Both the position numbers and the translations under genes were made by a program. Source: Erythrobacter sp. (GTDB lineage Bacteria; Pseudomonadota; Alphaproteobacteria; Sphingomonadales; Sphingomonadaceae). From it: a stretch of 64,000 nucleotides of DNA. Shown piece after piece: positions 32,160-41,438 of this stretch. The stretch spans positions 6,647 through 70,646 of the forward strand of contig JAHEBH010000002.1 of the NCBI GenBank assembly GCA_024642335.1, written 5' to 3'. A model generated the notes under the pieces. It saw only the letters and a program-made list of their open reading frames with translations, ran no database searches and was not told where the DNA came from. The number at the start of each line of letters is the position of its first letter. Position 1 is the first letter of the stretch.

Positions 32160-32456
32160 GTGGAAGAGATCATTATTTTGCCGATGATATTTGTCGGGCT
32201 TCCCTGGCTGATCCTGCACTATGTCACCAAATGGAAGACTGCCGCCGGCATCACCACTGACGATGAAGCGCTGCTGGAGGAACTCTACCAGCTGGCCCGG
32301 CGTCTGGACGAGCGGATGGACACGGTCGAACGGCTGGTCTCCTCCGACAATCCGGACTTCAAGACCGCGCGCATCATGCATGACAAGGAAATCGACAATA
32401 CGCCGCTGCATGAACTGGAGCAGCTGCTGGCCGAAAAGAAGGGAGCCCGCAAGTGA
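32160..32456 (+). CDS. pspB: Phage shock protein B
   Basis: TM IFVGLPWLILHY, then L..ARRLDERMDTVERLV. Confidence 0.88.
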   Translation: MEEIIILPMIFVGLPWLILHYVTKWKTAAGITTDDEALLEELYQLARRLDERMDTVERLVSSDNPDFKTARIMHDKEIDNTPLHELEQLLAEKKGARK

Positions 32457-32827
32457 ACTCGCCTCGTACCACACTCTATCGCGACAAGCAGAATGCGAAG
32501 ATGCTGGGCGTCTGCGCGGGCATTGCGGACTACACCGGCATCAATGCCTTCTGGGTCCGCCTTGCGGCCCTGATGCTGATCCCGATGACCGGCTTTGTCG
32601 TTCCGCTCTATTTCATCGCCGGTGTGCTTTTGAACAAGAAGCCTGCTGAGCTTTATGGCGATGAGCAGCAAGATAAATACTGGCAGGGCGTGCGCCAGTC
32701 CCCCAAGCGGACGACGCGCGAAATCCGTGCCCGCTTCCGCGACATCGACCGCCGTCTGGCCGGCGTGGAACACCACTATGTCACCAATAATCAGCGCCTC
32801 TCGGCCGAAATAGAGCGCCTGCGCTGA
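32453..32827 (+). CDS. pspC: Phage shock protein C
   Basis: LYRDKQNAKMLGVCAGIADYTG..WVRL, TM, C-terminal YVTNNQRLSAEIERLR. Confidence 0.9.
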   Translation: MNSPRTTLYRDKQNAKMLGVCAGIADYTGINAFWVRLAALMLIPMTGFVVPLYFIAGVLLNKKPAELYGDEQQDKYWQGVRQSPKRTTREIRARFRDIDRRLAGVEHHYVTNNQRLSAEIERLR

Positions 32828-32861
32828 CCAACACAGACACACATATCTGGGGGAAGATTAC

Positions 32862-33191
32862 ATGGGTGAGTTCATACCTATAATTGCGATCATCATGGGG
32901 TGCACAATCCCGATGGTGGCGATCTGGTCAAAGCACAAGGAAAGGGTCGCAGCGATGGACCGCGGCATCATCCTGGATGACAGGGGCAGGCCGGTCGGAG
33001 CTGCAAACAGCAACGCCGCAATTGAATCCGAGGTGAAGGAACTGCGCGAGCGCGTGAAAGTGCTCGAACGCATCGTTACCGACGGCGGATACAACCTCGC
33101 CAATGAGATCGAGGCGCTGCGCGACGCTCGTACAGATCACGATCAGGGCGCGGGCGTTCCGCTCAATGTTTCCAGCAGGGAGAGGGCGTGA
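32862..33191 (+). CDS. Psp-associated TM plus coiled-coil protein, paralogue 1
   Basis: N-terminal TM; LRERVKVLERIVTDGGYNLANEIEALR. Confidence 0.8.
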   Translation: MGEFIPIIAIIMGCTIPMVAIWSKHKERVAAMDRGIILDDRGRPVGAANSNAAIESEVKELRERVKVLERIVTDGGYNLANEIEALRDARTDHDQGAGVPLNVSSRERA

Positions 33192-33532
33192 TGGACCCGA
33201 CCCTTGCCATTATCCTCGATTACATTCCGCTGGTCATTGGTGGTGCCGTGGCCATCTCTCTCGCCGGTGTCTGGGCATCGGTTCACAACACCAAGCTCAA
33301 GATCAAGAACGGCTACCCGCTGGAAGGCATGTGGGGCCAGTCTCTCAAGCCGGATGTGTCGAGCGAAGGCATGGAGCGCGTAAAAATGCTGACGCAGGAG
33401 AATGCAGCGCTTCGTGCTGAGGTCTCGGCGATGAAAGAACGCATGGCCAATGTCGAACGCATCGTGACCGACAGCGGCTTCCAGCTGACACACCAGATCG
33501 ACCGGTTGCGGGACAGGGAAGAGGTGAACTGA
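33188..33532 (+). CDS. Psp-associated TM plus coiled-coil protein, paralogue 2
   Basis: N-terminal TM; MKERMANVERIVTDSGFQLTHQIDRLR; GTGA overlap with the previous gene. Confidence 0.8.
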   Translation: MMDPTLAIILDYIPLVIGGAVAISLAGVWASVHNTKLKIKNGYPLEGMWGQSLKPDVSSEGMERVKMLTQENAALRAEVSAMKERMANVERIVTDSGFQLTHQIDRLRDREEVN

Positions 33533-33831
33533 TGGATCTCGAGTTTGTATTCGGGCTGGTCACAGCAATCGCCATTGTCGCAATCGTGATGGGTACCATC
33601 GGCGGCATCGTGAAAAGCGCCATTCGCCTGAGGGAAAAAAGGCTGGAACTAAATGCCAAGCCGGCCCAGCCCGATGCCGCACCGCTGCTGGCCAAGGTCA
33701 ACCAGATGGAAGACCGTATCCGGGTGCTGGAAAGCATCGCCAGCGATAGCGGCGTCAGGTTGGCGCATGAAATCGAGTCCCTGCGTTTGACGGCCAATGT
33801 GCCGCAAAAGGGGAAGGAGGAAGTGGAGTGA
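33532..33831 (+). CDS. Psp-associated TM plus coiled-coil protein, paralogue 3
   Basis: N-terminal TM; MEDRIRVLESIASDSGVRLAHEIESLR. Confidence 0.8.
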   Translation: MDLEFVFGLVTAIAIVAIVMGTIGGIVKSAIRLREKRLELNAKPAQPDAAPLLAKVNQMEDRIRVLESIASDSGVRLAHEIESLRLTANVPQKGKEEVE

Positions 33832-34085
33832 GTATCGGTACTGCCTTGGTCGTTATCGTGGCGATCATGGTACTGGGAAGCGTCTTTCGCAGTCGTCACC
33901 ATGCCTCGCTGGGTATGGGAACCGACCAGCACGGCAATCCCGTCGGATCGACGCAACGTGAACGTGAACTTGAAGCAGAGATAGCTGAACTGCGCGATCG
34001 CGTGCATGTCCTTGAACGCATCGCCACCGAAGAAACTGACACAAAGCGCCTGTCGGCCGAAATCGACAAGCTGCGCGACGAATAG
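33828..34085 (+). CDS. Psp-associated TM plus coiled-coil protein, paralogue 4
   Basis: N-terminal TM; LRDRVHVLERIATEETDTKRLSAEIDKLR. Confidence 0.8.
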   Translation: MSIGTALVVIVAIMVLGSVFRSRHHASLGMGTDQHGNPVGSTQRERELEAEIAELRDRVHVLERIATEETDTKRLSAEIDKLRDE

Positions 34086-34095
34086 GGGAAAGGGT

Positions 34096-34335
34096 ATGTT
34101 GAGCGTAGAATTGCTGATTGCCGCCTGTTCGCTGCTGGGCCTGATGATACTGGCCGCGGCAGTCCTGAAGGGATGGCAGGGTTGGCTGGAACTCAAGGAA
34201 CGCGAACTGCAGCTGCGAGGCGGCCCGATGGAAATCGAAGGCGGCGCGCGCGAAGGTGCGGCACGGATCGAGATTTCCGACCTCAAGGAACGCATCCGCA
34301 AGCTGGAAGCAATCGCAAGCGGGGTGGACCTCTAG
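34096..34335 (+). CDS. Psp-associated TM plus coiled-coil protein, paralogue 5
   Basis: N-terminal TM; LKERIRKLEAIASGVDL, lacking the terminal EI..LR helix. Confidence 0.78.
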   Translation: MLSVELLIAACSLLGLMILAAAVLKGWQGWLELKERELQLRGGPMEIEGGAREGAARIEISDLKERIRKLEAIASGVDL

Positions 34336-34359
34336 GCGAAACGCATTAGATGCGCTGAC

Positions 34360-34767
34360 ATGCGCAGCATTGATGACATCCTTGAAGAATATGAATTCCT
34401 CGAAGGCGATGAACGCTATCGCCTGTTGATCGAGCTGGGGCGCGAACTGGACGAGATGCCCCAGCCGCTCAAGACCGACGCCACGCTGGTGCGCGGCTGC
34501 TCTGCCCAGGTCTGGGTCTACCCCACCGGCGATGCCGCCCAGCTGCATTTCCTGGCAGACAGCAATGCCGCGATTACCAAGGGCATTGTCGCGCTGGTGA
34601 TTTCCGCAGTGCAGGACAGGCCCGCGGAAGAAGTCGCCGCAATGGACGTGACGGGGGCGCTTGCTCCCTTCGACCTCAGGAACCAGCTGTCCTCCAACCG
34701 TACGCAGGGCGTGCCCAACATGATCGCGCTGGTGAAAGAACACGCCGCGCGCATTGCGCAGGGCTGA
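34360..34767 (+). CDS. sufE: SufE family protein
   Basis: RYRLLIELGREL, VRGCSAQVW, ADSNAAITKG, LSSNRTQG. Confidence 0.92.
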   Translation: MRSIDDILEEYEFLEGDERYRLLIELGRELDEMPQPLKTDATLVRGCSAQVWVYPTGDAAQLHFLADSNAAITKGIVALVISAVQDRPAEEVAAMDVTGALAPFDLRNQLSSNRTQGVPNMIALVKEHAARIAQG

Positions 34768-34771
34768 GGCG

Positions 34772-35119
34772 ATGCGGCCGCTGTGGGTGGCGGCAGGCCT
34801 GCTGTTCGTGGGCCTTGGCACGGTGGGAGCCTTCCTGCCGATCCTGCCGACCGTGCCGTTCCTGCTGCTGGCGACATTCTTCTTCGCACGCGGCAATCCG
34901 GCCTGGGAGCAGCGCCTGCTCAACCATCCGCGCTGGGGTCCGCCGCTGGTTGAATGGCGCACCCGCCGCGCCATTTCGCGCCGCGCCAAGATATCCGCAC
35001 TGGCAGCAATGGGCATGGGCGTGCTGGTCACTGCCCTCACCCTCGGCTTTCCGTGGTGGCTGCTGGTACTGGCGATTGTCTCGGTAACCGGCGGCTGGAT
35101 CTGGACGCGGGCGGAGTAG
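34772..35119 (+). CDS. YbaN (DUF454) family membrane protein
   Basis: GLGTVGAFLPILPTVPFLLLA..FFARG.P..EQRLLNHP. Confidence 0.88.
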   Translation: MRPLWVAAGLLFVGLGTVGAFLPILPTVPFLLLATFFFARGNPAWEQRLLNHPRWGPPLVEWRTRRAISRRAKISALAAMGMGVLVTALTLGFPWWLLVLAIVSVTGGWIWTRAE

Positions 35120-35120
35120 T

Positions 35121-35639
35121 TCAGCCCCCGACGCTATCCCGCACCACGGCAATGCCGGCTTGGCGCTGCGCCTTGAGTTCCGCCTTCAGCACTGCCGGAT
35201 CGCGGGCAAAGACGAAGCCGAAGCTCACCCCGCCTTCCTTGCCGACCGTGGCGTGGTGCAGCTTGTGCGCCTGGACCAGCCGCTTGGCATAGCCGCGTTT
35301 GGGCACCCAGCGGAAATAGCGCTGATGCACCAGCCCATCGTGGATCAGCGTGTAGATGATCCCGTAGAAGAGGACGCCGAGGCCAATCCATGTTCCCGGC
35401 CACCAAGCTGAAGAGCCCATGACGAGCGGGCTGCCGATTGCGAACATGGAGATGCTCATCACCGCGCCCACAACGCCATATAGGTCGTTCTTTTCGAACG
35501 TCTTGTCATGCGGCTCGTGATGGTCGCGGTGCCAGCCCCAGCCCCATCCATGCATGATGTATTTGTGGCTCGCCCAGGCAATCCACTCCATCGCCAGCAC
35601 GCTGGCAAGTACGATCAAGGTGGGGGCGAGCCAATCCAT
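35121..35639 (-). CDS. crtZ: Beta-carotene hydroxylase
   Basis: ME..AW..HKYIMHGWGWGWHRDHH, FEKNDLY, HDGLVHQR, QAHKLHH, VSFGF; true start lies inside the longer track ORF. Confidence 0.93.
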   Translation of the reverse strand: MDWLAPTLIVLASVLAMEWIAWASHKYIMHGWGWGWHRDHHEPHDKTFEKNDLYGVVGAVMSISMFAIGSPLVMGSSAWWPGTWIGLGVLFYGIIYTLIHDGLVHQRYFRWVPKRGYAKRLVQAHKLHHATVGKEGGVSFGFVFARDPAVLKAELKAQRQAGIAVVRDSVGG

Positions 35640-35717
35640 AGGCACTAAATAGGGACTTTGGGCGCTGAAAGACAGCCCCCGCTTGATTTGCGGCGTATGC
35701 GGCGTAGATGGCACCCC

Positions 35718-37148
35718 ATGGCAAGCAAACCGACCACCCTCTATGAAAAGATCTGGGACGCGCACGTTATCGAACAGCGCGACGATGGCACCTGCCTGAT
35801 CTTCATCGACCGTCACCTGGTGCATGAAGTCACCAGCCCGCAGGCTTTCGAAGCGCTGCGCATGGCCGGACGCACGGTCCGCCGCCCGGAACTCACACTG
35901 GCTGTGCCGGACCACAATTTGCCCACCACGGCGCGCATCGATGCACGGGGCAATCGCGTTCCCATCGCGGACCCTGAAAGCCGCAACCAGCTGGAAGCGC
36001 TGGAACGCAATGCGCCCGAATTCGGCGTCAAGTATTTCGGCGCCACCGCCGCGCAACAGGGCATCGTCCATGTCGTGGGGCCCGAGCAGGGCTTCTCGCT
36101 GCCCGGCACGACCATCGTGTGCGGTGACAGCCACACGGCCTGCCACGGCGGTGTGGGCGCGCTCGCCTTCGGCATCGGTACCAGCGAGGTGGAGCATGTG
36201 CTCGCGACGCAAACGCTGCAGCTCCGCAAGTCGAAAACCATGGAAGTGCGCGTGGAGGGTGAACTTGGCCCCGGCGTCACCTCCAAGGACCTGATTATGC
36301 ATATCATCGGCACCATCGGCACTGCTGGCGGCACCGGCCATGTGATCGAATATCGCGGGCGAGTGTTCGAGGAAATGAGCGTCGAAGGCCGGCTTACCGT
36401 CTGCAACATGAGCATCGAGGGCGGCGCACGCGCAGGCCTGATCGCACCTGATGAAACGACTTTCGCCTATCTCAAGGGCCGCCCCTATGCGCCGAAAGGT
36501 GGGGATTGGGACAAGGCCGTCGCCTATTGGAAGACGCTGCATACCGATGAAGGCGCGGCGTTCGACAAGAGCGTGGTCATCAACGCCGCCGAAGTCGAGC
36601 CCACCGTCACCTGGGGCACCAGCCCGGAAGATACGGTAGCGATTGGCGGCGTTGTCCCCTCCCCCGACAGCTTCCCCGATGCGTCCAAGCAGCGCGCCGC
36701 GCAGGCGAGCCTCGATTACATGGGTCTCACCCCCGGGCAGCGCATGGACGAGGTGGAGGTGCAGAACATCTTCATCGGTTCCTGCACCAACAGCCGCATA
36801 GAAGACCTGAGGGCTGCCGCAGAGGTGCTCAAGGGCCGCAAGAAACATCCGAACATCAAATGGGGCATCATCGTTCCCGGCTCCGGGCTGGTGAAGATGC
36901 AGGCAGAGGAAGAAGGCCTCGACAAGATCTTCATCGAAGCCGGACTCGAATGGCGCGAGCCGGGATGTTCCGCCTGCCTCGGCATGAACCCCGACAAGGT
37001 TCCGTCGGGCGAGCGTTCGGCATCCACCAGCAACCGCAATTTCGTCGGCAGGCAAGGTCCGGGCGCCCGCACCCACCTCGTCAGCCCGGCTATGGCTGCG
37101 GCCGCTGCGGTGACGGGCAAGCTGACAGATGTCAGGACATTGTCATGA
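35718..37148 (+). CDS. leuC: 3-isopropylmalate dehydratase large subunit
   Basis: [51 protein letters not shown]. Confidence 0.98.
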   Translation: MASKPTTLYEKIWDAHVIEQRDDGTCLIFIDRHLVHEVTSPQAFEALRMAGRTVRRPELTLAVPDHNLPTTARIDARGNRVPIADPESRNQLEALERNAPEFGVKYFGATAAQQGIVHVVGPEQGFSLPGTTIVCGDSHTACHGGVGALAFGIGTSEVEHVLATQTLQLRKSKTMEVRVEGELGPGVTSKDLIMHIIGTIGTAGGTGHVIEYRGRVFEEMSVEGRLTVCNMSIEGGARAGLIAPDETTFAYLKGRPYAPKGGDWDKAVAYWKTLHTDEGAAFDKSVVINAAEVEPTVTWGTSPEDTVAIGGVVPSPDSFPDASKQRAAQASLDYMGLTPGQRMDEVEVQNIFIGSCTNSRIEDLRAAAEVLKGRKKHPNIKWGIIVPGSGLVKMQAEEEGLDKIFIEAGLEWREPGCSACLGMNPDKVPSGERSASTSNRNFVGRQGPGARTHLVSPAMAAAAAVTGKLTDVRTLS

Positions 37149-37534
37149 TGGGCAGCTGTGCCTGCGGCAAGGTCTCTGTCGAGATCGACGAGGCACCCGA
37201 GTATATCAACGTGTGCAATTGCGGCTTTTGCCGCCCCGCCGGTGCTGCCTGGGGTTATTTCCGGCACGCGCAGGTCAAGGTGACAGGCGATACCAGGACC
37301 TTCCGCCGAAGCGACCTGCCCAACCCCAGGCTGGACCTGCATTTTTGCCCAGAGTGTGGTACCGTCACGCATTACATCAACTTCGGCCAACCCGAGCGCG
37401 ATCGCATGGCCGTGAACACGAGAGTATTCCTGCAGGATGATCTCGACGGAATCGAAGTACGCTATCTCGACATTCGCGGCGACGATATGATCCGCACCGG
37501 CGAGGGCACAATTGGTGATGGACATTCCTTTTGA
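37145..37534 (+). CDS. GFA/CENP-V family zinc protein
   Basis: GSCACG, CNCGFC, FCPECG. Confidence 0.85.
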   Translation: MMGSCACGKVSVEIDEAPEYINVCNCGFCRPAGAAWGYFRHAQVKVTGDTRTFRRSDLPNPRLDLHFCPECGTVTHYINFGQPERDRMAVNTRVFLQDDLDGIEVRYLDIRGDDMIRTGEGTIGDGHSF

Positions 37535-37583
37535 CGATGGAACCGCCTTGCAACTACCAAGCGGGAAGCCCAATTAGGACGTT

Positions 37584-37739
37584 ATGACGGACGACAAGAA
37601 AAAGCTGATCGTTGCCGGTGCTGCCATCGGCTCGGCCGCTGTTGCCGCGGCGCTGCTCTATGCCAACCGGCGCAGGAAGAAGGACGAGAAGGAAAAGCAG
37701 CCTTCGATCCCCTCTGGCGAAGCGCCGGAGACCGATTGA
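37584..37739 (+). CDS. 51-aa membrane-anchored peptide
   Basis: Not in the ORF track. [51 protein letters not shown]; stop overlaps the leuD start. Confidence 0.7.
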   Translation: MTDDKKKLIVAGAAIGSAAVAAALLYANRRRKKDEKEKQPSIPSGEAPETD

Positions 37740-38341
37740 TGGACAAGGTCACGACCGTCGAAGGCCGCGCCTATCCCTTCGGCATGAAGAATGTCGATAC
37801 CGACATCATCATTCCGGCACATTTCCTCAAGACGGTGACCCGCGAAGGCCTTGGCAAGGGTGCTTTCGAGGCGCTGCGCAAGGACCCCGAAAACGTCTTC
37901 GACAATCCGGCACATGCAGGCTCTACCATCATCATTGCCGGCGACAATTTCGGTTGCGGATCGAGCCGCGAACATGCCGCCTGGGCACTGCTCGACATGG
38001 GTGTGAAAGCTGTGATCGCCCCCAGTTTCTCGGACATCTTCTCCGGCAATGCCTTCAAGAACGGCATCCTGACCGTGGCCCTGCCGCAGGAAGCAATCGA
38101 CCGGCTGATGGAAGTTGCGGAAACCGACCCAATCATGATCGACCTCGAGACGCAAACGGTGACGACCCCGTTCCAGGACCGCTGGACCTTCGAAATCGAT
38201 CCCTTCCGCAAATTCTGCCTCAGCGAGGGCCTCGACGAGGTTGGCCTGACGCTGCAGAGCAATGCCGCCATCGAAGGTTACGAAGCGCGCCAAAGAACCG
38301 AACAGCCATGGCTTGCCAGCGGAACCGGGCTTGCTGCCTGA
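37739..38341 (+). CDS. leuD: 3-isopropylmalate dehydratase small subunit
   Basis: [41 protein letters not shown]. Confidence 0.97.
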   Translation: MDKVTTVEGRAYPFGMKNVDTDIIIPAHFLKTVTREGLGKGAFEALRKDPENVFDNPAHAGSTIIIAGDNFGCGSSREHAAWALLDMGVKAVIAPSFSDIFSGNAFKNGILTVALPQEAIDRLMEVAETDPIMIDLETQTVTTPFQDRWTFEIDPFRKFCLSEGLDEVGLTLQSNAAIEGYEARQRTEQPWLASGTGLAA

Positions 38342-38383
38342 GGCCTGCACACCTATTTTCAGAACACCGGACTCAAGAGGGAC

Positions 38384-38710
38384 GTGATGACCGATTTCAA
38401 GGACCGCGAACGCGGAGAAGAAGCAAAGTTTGCAATGGACGAACAGAACGCCTTCCGCATTGCGGCACGGCGCAACCGTCTACTGGGCCAATGGGCTGCC
38501 GGGCTGATGGGCCTGACGCCCGAAGAAACAGAGGGCTACAAGAAGGATGTCGTCCGGGCCGATTTCGAGGAAGCTGGCGACGAAGACGTGATCCGCAAGG
38601 TTCTGGGCGATCTGACCGCTGCCGGACACGACGTGGACGAAGCCACTATTCGCGCCAAGCTGGAAGAAAAGGCCATCGAGGCGAAGCGCCAGTTGATGAG
38701 CGAGTCCTGA
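38384..38710 (+). CDS. DUF1476 family protein
   Basis: FKDRERGEEAKFA..F...ARRNRLLGQWAA, ADFEEAGDEDV.RKV..DL. Confidence 0.88.
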   Translation: MMTDFKDRERGEEAKFAMDEQNAFRIAARRNRLLGQWAAGLMGLTPEETEGYKKDVVRADFEEAGDEDVIRKVLGDLTAAGHDVDEATIRAKLEEKAIEAKRQLMSES

Positions 38711-38715
38711 TCGCA

Positions 38716-38949
38716 ATGGCCATGCAAGCTGCGGAGATCGAGGCGCTGATTAAGGCCGCGATCACCGATGCCGATGTCGAAATCGTGGCGCTGGCAGATG
38801 ATGGCGATCATTATCGTGCCACAGTCACCTCGGCATCTTTCGCCGGCAAGCCGCGCGTTGCGCAACACAAGATGGTCTATGAAGCCTTGGGCGGTCGCAT
38901 GGGCGGCGCACTGCACGCCTTGCAACTGAGCACCGCCGTTCCCAAGTGA
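38716..38949 (+). CDS. BolA family protein
   Basis: DGDHY...[27 protein letters not shown]. Confidence 0.92.
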   Translation: MAMQAAEIEALIKAAITDADVEIVALADDGDHYRATVTSASFAGKPRVAQHKMVYEALGGRMGGALHALQLSTAVPK

Positions 38950-38980
38950 TGGGCTGAACAAAGATACAATGGTGGGACCC

Positions 38981-39310
38981 ATGTCGAATACGAATGAACG
39001 CATTGCCAAGATCGTGAACGAGAACGACGTCGTCCTTTTCATGAAAGGCACGCCGCTTTTCCCGCAGTGCGGTTTCTCCAACCGCGCGACCGCGATCCTC
39101 GATCACTGCAATGTCGCTTTCGAGAGCGTTGACGTACTGCAGGACATGGAAGTCCGGCAGGGTATCAAGGAATTTTCCGACTGGCCGACCATTCCCCAGC
39201 TCTACGTAAAGGGTGAATTCGTCGGCGGTAGCGACATCATGATGGAAATGTACGAGGCCGGTGAATTGCAGGCCCTGCTCGAAGAGAAGCAGGTAGCCAA
39301 GGCTTCCTGA
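38981..39310 (+). CDS. grxD: Monothiol glutaredoxin (Grx4)
   Basis: [33 protein letters not shown]. Confidence 0.96.
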   Translation: MSNTNERIAKIVNENDVVLFMKGTPLFPQCGFSNRATAILDHCNVAFESVDVLQDMEVRQGIKEFSDWPTIPQLYVKGEFVGGSDIMMEMYEAGELQALLEEKQVAKAS

Positions 39311-39334
39311 CATTTCACATTCCGGGTGAACTTG

Positions 39335-39363
39335 CGGACCGCTTCGGCGGTCCGTTTGCTTTT
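39335..39363 (+). terminator. Intrinsic terminator after grxD
   Basis: CGGACCGC-TTCG-GCGGTCCG followed by TTTGCTTTT. Confidence 0.75.
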
Positions 39364-39394
39364 CGGCGCTTAATTCGCGCGCTAGGCTGTACCA

Positions 39395-40012
39395 ATGTGC
39401 AACCTTTACCGCATGAAACAGAGTCGGACCGAGGTGGCGGATTTCTTTTCGTCCATTGCACAAGACTTACGTGTCGCTCCGGGCAACGACCCTGCCGAAA
39501 TCTATCCCGGCTATCCCGGCCTCGTGCTGGCTGAAGGACAGGTCCAGCAGATGGCATGGGGGTTCCCGCTTGCCCTCAAGGGAACGAGGGGTCAGCCGCT
39601 GAAGCCCAAGCCGGTCAACAATGCGCGCTCGGACAAGCTGGGCAGCCCCTTCTGGTCTGCCAGCTTCCGGGATCGGCGTTGCCTTGTGCCGGTATCCGAA
39701 TTTGCCGAGGCGCGTGGAGCCAAGGGCGCGAAGACGCGGACGTGGTTCTCGCTTCCCGATACGCCCCTCATGGCTGTGGCCGGTTTCTGGCGCGATACCG
39801 AAGAGTGGGGACCAGCCTTCACCATGGTCATGACCGATGCAAATGACGCTGTCCGGCCATTGCATGACCGCATGCCGTCGATCCTCGCTCCCGATGACTG
39901 GCAAACCTATCTCGGCCTTGATCCGCAAGCAGCGTTCGAGATCTGCCGGCCCTATGCCGGAGCGATGACGGTCTCGCACACAGACACGCCCTGGCCGGGC
40001 CGTCGCGGGTGA
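39395..40012 (+). CDS. SOS response-associated peptidase (SRAP/YedK family)
   Basis: N-terminal MCNLY, WGFP, NNARSD, RRCLVP...F.E, HDRMP. Confidence 0.92.
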   Translation: MCNLYRMKQSRTEVADFFSSIAQDLRVAPGNDPAEIYPGYPGLVLAEGQVQQMAWGFPLALKGTRGQPLKPKPVNNARSDKLGSPFWSASFRDRRCLVPVSEFAEARGAKGAKTRTWFSLPDTPLMAVAGFWRDTEEWGPAFTMVMTDANDAVRPLHDRMPSILAPDDWQTYLGLDPQAAFEICRPYAGAMTVSHTDTPWPGRRG

Positions 40013-40042
40013 CCGGATTGTCGGGAAGGCCTGTTCTTCGGG

Positions 40043-40089
40043 GAGGCGGGGCCGGGAGACTCCAGGGGACCCAGGATCGGCCCCGCCTC
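40043..40089 (-). other. Strong GC hairpin, candidate sigma54-dependent small RNA
   Basis: 12-bp perfect inverted repeat GAGGCGGGGCCG...CGGCCCCGCCTC around a 23-nt interior; no U-tract on either strand. Confidence 0.5.
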
Positions 40090-40120
40090 ATTCGAAGACT
40101 ACAGGGTACACACAATACTT

Positions 40121-40161
40121 TGCACAGCCCGTGCCAGTTTTGCGCATTCGCGGATTTCTGC
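40121..40161 (-). promoter_or_regulatory. Putative sigma54 promoter with conserved upstream 12-mer
   Basis: Minus strand GCAGAAATCCGC-N13-TGGCAC-GGGCT-GTGCA; same layout as 41619-41659. Confidence 0.6.
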
Positions 40162-40323
40162 GCAACACGATGGTTAAGGTGGCCTTACTGGCAGGCAGGA
40201 TTGTAAAAAAAGCCGACGTTTTTCGTTGTTTTCCGCACGCCCATCCGGGTACGCGCGCAGCAGGGACAGCTTGCTGTCCATCTGGCGAGGACGAAGGCGC
40301 GGATGCGCCTTCGCAAACAAGAT

Positions 40324-40400
40324 TGGCGCGCCCGGCAGGACTCGAACCTGCAACTCCAAGCTTAGAAGGCTCGTGCTCTATCCAGTTGAACTACGGGCGC
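40324..40400 (-). tRNA. tRNA-Arg (anticodon UCU)
   Basis: GCGCCCGTAGTTCAACTGGATAGAGC-A-CGAGC-CTTCTAA-GCTTG...GGTTCGAGTCC...CCA; 77 nt. Confidence 0.97.
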
Positions 40401-40459
40401 GTCGGGTCCGGTCCATAGCGGGCTTTGCGGCTATGGCAAATCAAGATAGGTTCGCTTTC

Positions 40460-41197
40460 ATGGATAGAAAGCCGCAACGTATCGAGGGGCACGAAGGCGG
40501 ACGCCGCCACTTCCGCTATTTCGATTATGTCATGGTGGCCTTCGTCACCATCCTCCTGCTGTCCAACGTGATCGGGGCCGGCAAAGTCTCCTTTGTCGAA
40601 CTGCCTGTGCTGGGCATTTGGGAATTTGGCGCAGGTATCCTGTTCTTCCCCGTTTCCTATGTGATCGGAGATATACTGACCGAAGTGTATGGATACGCCC
40701 ATGCGCGGCGCTGCATCTGGGCCGGGTTTATCGCGCTCGTCTTCATGGCCTTCATGGCTATGGTAGTGGTCGCCCTGCCCCCGGCGGCAAACTGGGGCGG
40801 GCAGGAAGCTTACGAGCAGGTTTTCGGGCAGGTGCCGCGTATCGTGCTGGCGTCGATCATTGCCTTCTGGGCAGGCGAGTTCGTGAATTCCTACGTCATG
40901 GCGCGGATGAAGGTCTGGACGAAAGGCAGGTTGCTGTGGACGCGGACCATCGGTTCGACCGTGGTCGGCCAAGGCGTGGACAGCGCCTTGTTCTATCCGA
41001 TCGCCTTTCTGGGAGCCTCGGGCTGGAGCACCGATCTGGTCATAACCGTGGCGCTCACCCAATGGCTGCTGAAGACGGGCTGGGAGGTGGTCCTCACGCC
41101 CGTCACCTACAAGGCTGTGTCTTTCCTCAAACGGCGCGAAGGCGTGGAAGTCTTCGATACGGACACCGACTTTTCTCCCTTCGCAAAGTCCTTGTAG
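40460..41197 (+). CDS. Queuosine precursor transporter (YhhQ/Vut_1)
   Basis: LLSNVIGAGK, FFPVSYVIGDILTEVYG, RIVLASIIAF..GEFVNS, RTIGSTVVGQGVDS; alternative start at 40433. Confidence 0.9.
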   Translation: MDRKPQRIEGHEGGRRHFRYFDYVMVAFVTILLLSNVIGAGKVSFVELPVLGIWEFGAGILFFPVSYVIGDILTEVYGYAHARRCIWAGFIALVFMAFMAMVVVALPPAANWGGQEAYEQVFGQVPRIVLASIIAFWAGEFVNSYVMARMKVWTKGRLLWTRTIGSTVVGQGVDSALFYPIAFLGASGWSTDLVITVALTQWLLKTGWEVVLTPVTYKAVSFLKRREGVEVFDTDTDFSPFAKSL

Positions 41198-41225
41198 GTT
41201 GAAGCCCGGTTGGGGAAGTGGTGGA

Positions 41226-41438
41226 TCACTCCACCACTGCCCACATTGCGAGATAGATCAGGATAAAGCTGCCGAAACCGGCAATGGCACCGATGCCGAA
41301 TACCAGGCGCACGATCAGCGGATCGATCCCGAAGTAATTGGCAAGGCCCGAACAGACGCCACCGATTTTGGCATTGCTCTTGTCGAGGTGGAGCTTCCTG
41401 GGCGGTCCACCCGTTGGTTGGGGGCTGAGCTGGCTCAT
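41226..41438 (-). CDS. Stand-alone PspC domain protein
   Basis: LHLDKSNAKIGGVCSGLANYFGIDPLIVRL plus TM only; no C-terminal coiled coil. Confidence 0.88.
   Translation of the reverse strand: MSQLSPQPTGGPPRKLHLDKSNAKIGGVCSGLANYFGIDPLIVRLVFGIGAIAGFGSFILIYLAMWAVVE

Noticed and set aside
35640-37076. Apparent 651-aa fusion ending in CrtZ
   Set aside because: The upstream 479 codons are antisense to leuC; CrtZ begins at 35639
39311-40012. SRAP gene as prophage remnant or LexA-regulated gene
   Set aside because: No phage genes nearby and no GTTC-N7-GTTC box upstream
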